32,000 bases of DNA from Acaryochloris marina S15 (GTDB lineage Bacteria > Cyanobacteriota > Cyanobacteriia > Thermosynechococcales > Thermosynechococcaceae), in assembly GCF_018336915.1 (NCBI RefSeq), contig NZ_CP064923.1, forward strand, positions 3,060,001 through 3,092,000. The letters run 5' to 3'. Positions 17,475-24,182 of this stretch are shown one piece after another. Positions within the stretch are counted from its first letter, which is position 1. Every line of letters begins with the position of its first letter. The position numbers were made by a program, and so were the translations under genes. Under the pieces are notes generated by a model. That model saw only the letters and a program-made list of their open reading frames with translations. It was not told the origin of the DNA and did no database searches.

Positions 17475-18796
17475 GCGCAAGAAAATCAAGCCTCTGAAAG
17501 GCTAGACTGTAAAGGAAGAGAAGCGCCTAGAACTTTGAGCATATACGCTTCATCCATGCTCGCCCGTTTTAGTTTTTGACGGGTACTTTTCTTAAAGGAC
17601 GTTTCTTGATTGAGAAGGTTGATGCTCCAGCGTCTCAGGATGGCCATGTTTTCCGGCGCATGTCCTGTGCGAATGCGGCTAGCATCTTCGCCAAAGGTCA
17701 CGTCTAAGACCCAGTGGAGTTGGTTCTCAATCGACCAATGCTGGCGGATGGCTTTGCCCAACTGCTGAGCATTTGGCGGTAGAGAACTGATATAAAACAT
17801 CACCTCATAGGTGGTTTTGTTCCACAGATGTCGGGTCCGAGCGACCTTGACGATGGTTTGCAAGCCCTTCCACTGCGCCTGCTTGTACAGAGGACCCATC
17901 TGTTGAAGGGACACGGCCCAAACTTGTCGTTTCTCGCGACGATGGTGCCCTGCTTCCACACGCGCATCATAGCTGTGCTCAATGCACTTAAACTCATTCG
18001 CTTCAGCCGTTTCAAACCATTGCTCAACCTGCTCAAACAGCGTGGGATGATTCTCCTTGAGGGCCAGCACATAGTCAGCCTCTTTAGCTTGAATGTGGCG
18101 GGCAATCTCGTGCTGAGTTCCCATTGCATCAATGGTAATAATGCACCCGGCAATGTCTAATAGCTCTAGCAGTGCTGGAATAGCGGTAATTTCGTTACTC
18201 TTGTCTGCAACTTTGACCTGTCCTAGAAATAACCGATACTCACTGGCCCAAGCACTGACCAGATGCAATGCGGATTGGTCTTGATTGCGATCATAGGAAC
18301 CTCTGAGTTGTTTGCCGTCAATCGGTATCACTTGAGCGCCGAGGGTTGTCACTACCTGATCCAACCAGTGATTGAAACTCCGCTCAAAAGCGGTGGGGCA
18401 AATACGCTCAAACACTCGTCGATAGGTGTCTGCTGTCGGTATCCCGGACGGTAGCCTCAGAAAACTCGACAACCAATCTTGATGGCTTAGACCATAGGTT
18501 TCAATGTCTTCCCACCCTTGTGCGCCACCTAAACTTGCCAATAGTCCAATCACGACGATGCTGACAAACGGATGCTGGACACCTTGGCCTCCACGTGGAT
18601 CAGGCAAATCTTCAAAACACTCGGACAATTGTTGATAAGCCTGATCGCAATCACTGGCAGGCAGGAGTGACGAGGATGAGTCAGTGGAAGCTGGTGAGGA
18701 AGGAGGCTTGCTGAATCCTGTAGCCATGGGGAAACCCTTTTAACAGAATGGAGTTCCATAGCATATTACAGCTTCATTTTTCTTGCGCTGCCCCTG
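17467..18796 (-). mobile_element. Complete ISAs1-family insertion sequence (1330 bp) inserted in the caspase-FGE gene
   Basis: Terminal inverted repeats are CAGGGTAAGCGCAAGAAAA (17467-) and the reverse complement of the right end, CAGGGGCAGCGCAAGAAAA (-18796). Perfect 10-bp direct repeat CGGTACAACA at 17457-17466 and 18797-18806. One transposase ORF. CAGGG ends and 8-10-bp duplications are ISAs1-family traits as I recall them. Confidence 0.88.
17486..18727 (-). CDS. ISAs1-family DDE transposase (H-repeat-associated-protein type)
   Basis: 413 aa, uninterrupted. The N-terminal block DLPDPRGGQGVQHPFVSIVVIGLLASLGGAQGWEDIETYG matches the DDE_Tnp_1-associated domain pattern. This is followed by IDGKQLRGS..., ITIDAMGTQ and IENQLHWVLDVTFGED. 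Confidence 0.9.
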   Translation of the reverse strand: MATGFSKPPSSPASTDSSSSLLPASDCDQAYQQLSECFEDLPDPRGGQGVQHPFVSIVVIGLLASLGGAQGWEDIETYGLSHQDWLSSFLRLPSGIPTADTYRRVFERICPTAFERSFNHWLDQVVTTLGAQVIPIDGKQLRGSYDRNQDQSALHLVSAWASEYRLFLGQVKVADKSNEITAIPALLELLDIAGCIITIDAMGTQHEIARHIQAKEADYVLALKENHPTLFEQVEQWFETAEANEFKCIEHSYDARVEAGHHRREKRQVWAVSLQQMGPLYKQAQWKGLQTIVKVARTRHLWNKTTYEVMFYISSLPPNAQQLGKAIRQHWSIENQLHWVLDVTFGEDASRIRTGHAPENMAILRRWSINLLNQETSFKKSTRQKLKRASMDEAYMLKVLGASLPLQSSLSEA

Positions 18797-18806
18797 CGGT
18801 ACAACA

Positions 18807-20072
18807 AGCCCTCTCAGACGCCCTATACACGGATAGAACCTGAGTCGAAGCTGCACTTTATTTTGCTGCCGGGGCAAGCTACGCTCCAAGATGTGGCAGC
18901 GATGAAAATTGATGCCCTGGAAGCTTGAAACAGAGAATGATTTGGATGGGGCTGAGCATCTGTGGACTCGGGTGTTAGCAGCTTCTCAGGCAGACACTCA
19001 AGCAATTAAGGGCTTGCAGCGGATTGCGGTCAAACGAGCGACGGGCCAGTCTCCCAGACCAACACCGACTCCAAGTCCAGAGACGTTAACTCCTCGGGCT
19101 GATGACTCTTCCCGAGAACCTGGGGTTAACCTCTCGTCAGCCCCCAAAGACAATCTGGCTGATAGCGAACCGTCTGATCCTCAACCCTCAAGGGTGACGT
19201 TTACGGTAGTCAAGGTGAATGCCCAAGGCGAGGTGATTGAGCAGCAAGAGCAACAGGCAGAACAAAGCTTGGTAATGTTGCCGGGAGAAGTCCCCCTATC
19301 TCTGGTTCGCATTCCCCAGGGGAAGTTTTGGATGGGTGCTCAGAAGAATGAAGAGGGTGCCGATGATGATGAATACCCTAGGCATCAGGTATCGGTTCCC
19401 TCTTTTTGGATGGGGCAATATCCGGTAACGCAACAGCAGTGGGAAGCTATTGCGGGACTGAGCAAAGTCAAGGTTGATTTGGATCCAGATTGTTCCAATT
19501 TCAAAGGAGAGACTTTACCCGTAGAGAAGGTGTCTTGGTATCAGGCGGCTGAATTTTGTGAACGCCTGTCCCGACATTCTGGCCGAGACTATCGGTTGCC
19601 GACTGAAGCCGAGTGGGAATATGCCTGTCGTGCGGGTACTGAAACCCCTTTCCATTTTGGGGCTACTCTAACTACCGACTTGGCGAATTATCGTGGGCAA
19701 GATTTGGAATATGAGGGAAAAACGTACCCCGGTAAATATGGTCAAGGTCCCTATGGGAAATTCCGCCACCGAACAACTCCAGTCATTCAGTTTGGAGGGG
19801 CGAATGCGTTTGGGTTATTTGACATGCATGGCAATGTTTGGGAATGGTGTCTGGATTATTGGCATGAGGATTATAAAAACGCTCCTACCGATGGGACTGC
19901 TTACAAAAATGATAATCATTATCACCTGCTGCGGGGCGGCTCCTGGCGCAACCATCCGAGGTACTGCCGCTCGGCCACGCGCTACAGGGGCGGGCCCGAC
20001 TTCCAGTACGGCAATGTCGGTTTTCGTGTCGTGTGTGTTTCGGCGAGTACTCTCCGTACCAGAACCGATTGA
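18807..20072 (+). pseudogene. 3' fragment of the disrupted caspase-FGE gene: linker, short helical repeat, Pro/Ser-rich spacer and a complete FGE-sulfatase (SUMF1-type) domain; carries an extra 1-nt frameshift near 18925
   Basis: From the IS junction the frame reads KPSQTPYTRIEPESKLHFILLPGQATLQDVAAMKIDALEA, then TGA at 18926-18928. The +1 frame continues ...ETENDLDGAEHLWTRVLAASQADTQAIKGLQRI.... FGE motifs present: RIPQGKFWMG, YPRHQVSVPSFWMGQYPVT, LPTEAEWEYACRAG, MHGNVWEWC, LLRGGSW, GFRVVCV. Confidence 0.85.
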
Positions 20073-20223
20073 TGGGAATCAATGGGGCGTGTGCTAGAAG
20101 AGTCCAGGTCTAGTCCAGAGATGCGGGTAACGGCATCCAAAAATCAAACCGGGCTGGATAGCTTCGTAGGTGAGCTGCCGAGCAGTTATTCAGTCCAACC
20201 AAACAATGTAAGCGGGGACTATT

Positions 20224-20595
20224 ATGTCAGACACAATTGAACTTTGGGTAGTAGCAGAAGCTGAGGATGAAGTGCCAGCGGAAACCGGAAGTCGCGACGG
20301 TGGCTATACCGGACCTAGTTTTGGCGATACGGTGGATCGGACAACAAGAAAGTTGATTTCCATGACTCGTAAACGAGTACCCGTGGATGTGGCTCTGCTC
20401 AGAAAACAGATGAATAGCATGATGCAGGTAGTGGATGAGCTATTCATCCAATCAGAAGTTCAGACCAAAATGCAGCTTGATGAAGTAGAGCTGAAAGTTG
20501 AAATTAATGCAGAAGGTCAGCTTAGTCTCGTAGGCAATGGCGGTAAGCTGGGGAATACGGGCGGAATTACCTTAAAATTTAGCCGTCCTAAGTAA
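20224..20595 (+). CDS. Small (123 aa) Trypco2/Pepco-like protein, the peptidase-effector-associated partner domain of predicted conflict systems
   Basis: Intact ORF 151 nt downstream of the caspase-FGE gene on the same strand. N-terminal beta strand IELWVVAEAEDE, a central helix, and a C-terminal beta-hairpin signature LDEVELKVEINAEGQLSLVGNGGKLGNTGGITLKFSRPK. This resembles remembered Trypco2-family sequences (...EVEVEFGV...AEAG...G...TVKLTW.R). A paralogous pseudogene lies at 16073-16252. Confidence 0.65.
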   Translation: MSDTIELWVVAEAEDEVPAETGSRDGGYTGPSFGDTVDRTTRKLISMTRKRVPVDVALLRKQMNSMMQVVDELFIQSEVQTKMQLDEVELKVEINAEGQLSLVGNGGKLGNTGGITLKFSRPK

Positions 20596-20941
20596 TTTCA
20601 AAAGTTTTGCTGATTTCCACAATCCTATCTCCCTGTCTTAGCTGTTCTAAAGCATTAGGTAAAGCAGTCATCAGCAATTGCCGTAAACTGCGATTTGTGA
20701 CATTCCCACAGGTTAGCCATATGACCTGAGGAGGCGTTCCTAAATGATCTACTAAATCAATGAAATCGCTATCCTTCGTCATAATCACAGCATTTTCAGT
20801 CCGTGCAGCTTCAAAAATTTCAATATCTTGAGCATCTCTTAGGGACAAATCTCGCAGAGCAGCAGCTTCTACATCATCAAAGGTCGCTGACAACCACTCA
20901 GCTAAAGTGGGTGGAAGTTGAGCATCTACCCAAATCTTCAT
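20588..20941 (-). CDS. DUF5615-family PIN-like (Mut7-C-type) putative toxin
   Basis: 117 aa. MKIWVDAQLPPTLAEWL...DAQDIEIFEAARTENAVIMTKDSDFIDL is the DUF5615 pattern. It overlaps the upstream DUF433 gene by 4 nt (ATGA). Confidence 0.85.
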   Translation of the reverse strand: MKIWVDAQLPPTLAEWLSATFDDVEAAALRDLSLRDAQDIEIFEAARTENAVIMTKDSDFIDLVDHLGTPPQVIWLTCGNVTNRSLRQLLMTALPNALEQLRQGDRIVEISKTFEIT

Positions 20942-21168
20942 GCGGTCAGTTGAGGAACGTCAGTCCGTCGTGCCGCAAACAGCAAGCAGGCTTGAATATC
21001 TGCCAACTCCAAATCAGGAAAGTCATCCAGAATCTCAGCAGTGGTGACATTTTCTGCCAACATTTCCAATATGTCGGAGACTCTAATTCGCATTCCTCGG
21101 ATACAAGGACGCCCCCCACACTGGCCCGGTACTTGGGTAATGCGAGTCAGTAGGTTAGTGGCATTCAT
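20938..21168 (-). CDS. DUF433-family putative antitoxin
   Basis: 76 aa. PGQCGGRPCIRGMRIRVSDILEMLAENVTTAEILDDFPDLELADIQACLLFA is the canonical DUF433 core. Confidence 0.88.
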   Translation of the reverse strand: MNATNLLTRITQVPGQCGGRPCIRGMRIRVSDILEMLAENVTTAEILDDFPDLELADIQACLLFAARRTDVPQLTA

Positions 21169-21265
21169 AGGACGATCTGCAAGCTGCTGGTCTCTATCTT
21201 AGCGAGTAATGTTTCTTACCCATCCGTTTGCAAGTTGCTATTGCCGAGTTTCAGAGCATTAGGTT

Positions 21266-22429
21266 TTAATTCAGGCCGATTCCCCTTAACCCCTTGACCA
21301 ATCGATTCAATCCTTCAGCTAGGGTAGCTTTATCCAAAGCTCCATAAGCAATCCGCAGATAACAGCCCGACTCCATGCCAAAGGCACTACCGGGAATCAC
21401 TGCCACCCCATATTTACGAATCAACTGCTCTACTAAAACCCGATCGGGCAAGTCTGTATCCACCTTAATCAACACATAAAATGCACCAGAGCTAGCAGGT
21501 GCTAACACCCTCTCAAGGGGCTGAAGTGCCTTCTGCACCAGATTCCGTTTCTCTGTAAGGGTCGCCAAATGCTGATGACAATACCCCTTCCCCACTTGCA
21601 GCGCACCAACTGCCGCATACTGAGACACCACAGGCGGGCAAATCAGTAATGTATCCTGAATTTTTTGCAGTGCCTCTTGCAAATGGCAAGGAATCACCAT
21701 ATAGCCGATCCGCCAACTGGCAAAGCCATAGGCCTTCGAGAGGGTAAATAGAGAAATTGTATGGGTTTGCTCAGGGTCAAAACGGCCCGGTGAAATATGC
21801 TCAACCTCGTCGTAGGTAAAGTACTCATAGGTCTCATCGCTGATGTGATAGAGATTGCGCTCCAAACACAACTGATTCACCACCTGCAAATCCGCTGCCG
21901 AATACACTGCCCCAGATGGATTATTCGGAGAAACCGTCACAATCGCCCGAGTCCGATCCGTAATCGCTGCTTCAATCTGATCGAGCTGGAGTTGATATTG
22001 CTGATCCGTGGGGATACAAACCGGCTGACCATTAGCGAGCCGAATCGCCATCTCATGGTTGAAGTAATACGGCGTTTGCAGAATCACCTGATCTCCTGGA
22101 TCAAGGATGGCGAGGACCGTATTCATAAACGCCATATTGCCCCCCGCCGTCACCATAATCTGGTCACGGCTAAAGCTCAACTGATTTTCAGCCCGTAGCT
22201 TCTGTGCGATCGCATCAACCAGCAGCGGGATTCCCTGCACCGATTGATAGAGATGCACTCCAGGATTTTGGTGAAACGTGGCTGCCTGGGCAAGAGCTTC
22301 TGGCGGCGGGCCATAAGAAACCACCCCCTGTCCTAGAGACAAGGTGCCAGGATGCTGGCGAATCAGATCGCCAATAATCGGGATAATGGGAGCCTGAACC
22401 GCTTCAACACGAGCCGATGGCCAGATCAT
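21266..22429 (-). CDS. PLP-dependent aminotransferase, class I/II (aspartate/aromatic aminotransferase-like)
   Basis: Fold-type I motifs: SPNNPSGAVY, and the PLP lysine in FTLSKAYGFASWRIGY. I prefer ATG 22429 (MIWPSARVEAV...), which overlaps the TGA of the upstream gene by 1 nt, over the track start 22471. Confidence 0.88.
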   Translation of the reverse strand: MIWPSARVEAVQAPIIPIIGDLIRQHPGTLSLGQGVVSYGPPPEALAQAATFHQNPGVHLYQSVQGIPLLVDAIAQKLRAENQLSFSRDQIMVTAGGNMAFMNTVLAILDPGDQVILQTPYYFNHEMAIRLANGQPVCIPTDQQYQLQLDQIEAAITDRTRAIVTVSPNNPSGAVYSAADLQVVNQLCLERNLYHISDETYEYFTYDEVEHISPGRFDPEQTHTISLFTLSKAYGFASWRIGYMVIPCHLQEALQKIQDTLLICPPVVSQYAAVGALQVGKGYCHQHLATLTEKRNLVQKALQPLERVLAPASSGAFYVLIKVDTDLPDRVLVEQLIRKYGVAVIPGSAFGMESGCYLRIAYGALDKATLAEGLNRLVKGLRGIGLN

Positions 22430-23097
22430 CAGACGGCAGCCGTACAGAGTTGCCCTAGAATTTGGCAGCATTCTGCCACCGACTTGCGATCAGTCATGGC
22501 TTGGACCAGGGCTTCGTAAGCATCCCAATTAGCCCGGATCATTTGTCGGGCTCGGTTCCCCGCCTGGCGCTCATGAACCTTCACATTCATCTTCAGTCGG
22601 TTTAAAGTTTGACGAAGCTGTTGCAGGTCATTCTTGCCCCCTTCTACGGCTTTGTAGACTAAGTCTTCGGCTACGCCACCCGCCATCCAAACCGTACAAT
22701 AGCGTTCGACTTGTTCTGCGGCACTCGTCTCAGAAAAATCGGCAGGCGTTTCAATACAAACGCCCCCTTGTCCGCCTTGTCCCTGCTGCAGAGCCTCCCA
22801 TGCCGTTAAGGTATAGCCCGTAATCGGCAGGTCCAGCAAATAAGCTGTTAAAAAATGTCCGGCTTCGTGATGAATGACCCGCTGGCGATATTGAGGAGAC
22901 AATCGGGCAAACCCATCTAGAAACAGTGTCATCCCTTTGCCCTGATACCCAAAGGTATCAGCAACTGCTAATCCTAGAACAATAGCGGCAAAGGTGAAGG
23001 GAATTTCTGGGGCAATGTTTAGTATGGGGCCCACCAGAATCGAACCGCTGAGAAGGGCAACGAAAAGTGCGATCGCATTAAGAGGGGTTTGATTCAT
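22429..23097 (-). CDS. Conserved membrane protein with an HEAGH zinc-metallopeptidase motif (FtsH-M41-peptidase-like, no AAA module)
   Basis: 222 aa. Two N-terminal hydrophobic helices, then VIHHEAGHFLTAYLL (HEXXH) and a C-terminal helical region. Confidence 0.75.
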   Translation of the reverse strand: MNQTPLNAIALFVALLSGSILVGPILNIAPEIPFTFAAIVLGLAVADTFGYQGKGMTLFLDGFARLSPQYRQRVIHHEAGHFLTAYLLDLPITGYTLTAWEALQQGQGGQGGVCIETPADFSETSAAEQVERYCTVWMAGGVAEDLVYKAVEGGKNDLQQLRQTLNRLKMNVKVHERQAGNRARQMIRANWDAYEALVQAMTDRKSVAECCQILGQLCTAAV

Positions 23098-23102
23098 GGG
23101 GG

Positions 23103-23846
23103 TTAAGATTTCAAGTTGCGGGCATTGTAGAAGGTCTCCAAGCTGTCTTTGTCACCGACATAGCGCCAGTGCCAGGGTTCATAACTAACCCCTTGGGAGT
23201 TCCCTTTTGGGAAGGATAACTCAAAGCTATACCGGGGTGCATTTTTTTGCAGCCAGTCGAAGGCCCGGGTCTCCTCAAAAGCGACATTCACATGGGCATC
23301 TGTCTGGGTGGCATCGCCAATATCCATGGCATACCCAGTATGATGTTCGCTCCGTCCGGGGGGAGCACTGACTTTAGCTCGCTGCTGTGCACCTTGGGCC
23401 CGCTCTTCTTTCACCTTAAAAAACAGGTAATCTTGATCGTCTACGGTCCGAAATCCAGATAATGCCTGTAGTTTTACGCCATCTGCTGCTGCCGCTGAGG
23501 ACATTTGCTTGTAGGCCCGAGCTGCAGCAGACCGTAGACGAATCCGGTTATCTGCTGTAATGGCTTGCAATTCGTTTTCCGGAGCGACTTTGTAGGAAAA
23601 ATGCCCTAAGGTCGTATCTGGAGTACTGGGAGTATCTGTTCCTCCAGTGGGAGATGTATTGGGTCCATTTTCTACCTTGCTTTGGGAGGGTTCAGGCTTA
23701 AAAAAGCCGATTGCAAATGCGGCTCCTACGGCAATCACTAACAGCCCGATGCAGCTGCCAATCAAAAGGGCAGGGTTACCTCGAGCAGGTGAAGATGCCG
23801 TTTGTGGAACGGTCTGCCGACGGGCCTCTGGAATATCGTCGTACAT
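23103..23846 (-). CDS. M15-family D-alanyl-D-alanine carboxypeptidase (VanY-like), membrane anchored
   Basis: 247 aa. N-terminal TM helix. SGFRTVDDQ, SEHHTGYAMDIGD and EPWHWRY match the VanY/M15B zinc-ligand pattern. Confidence 0.88.
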   Translation of the reverse strand: MYDDIPEARRQTVPQTASSPARGNPALLIGSCIGLLVIAVGAAFAIGFFKPEPSQSKVENGPNTSPTGGTDTPSTPDTTLGHFSYKVAPENELQAITADNRIRLRSAAARAYKQMSSAAAADGVKLQALSGFRTVDDQDYLFFKVKEERAQGAQQRAKVSAPPGRSEHHTGYAMDIGDATQTDAHVNVAFEETRAFDWLQKNAPRYSFELSFPKGNSQGVSYEPWHWRYVGDKDSLETFYNARNLKS

Positions 23847-24182
23847 AAAGACTCAAGCAAGAGAGATAAGCATCTTAATATTATTTCCTAAGGGACTAAT
23901 CTAAAAGGTCCGTTTTGATCACGAATCTGCCGTTACCCCCAGAAGATCCGTCTTAGTCTTCCTATCATAAAGTCCCTCACCCCTATCCCGCCAATTCTAC
24001 GATTGCCTTAAAATTCTTTGATGATGGGCAAAAACTAAGCTTATTGATGAATTTTGCCACCATAGGTTCCCTAACCTATAAGTGCAGGTTCACAAGGTAG
24101 GATGTTGAAGATTTTGCGTGATTCTCAATATGTGCGAGGATGCGATCGCTCTTGGGTATCATTCGGAGTGGTTTGATACCGT

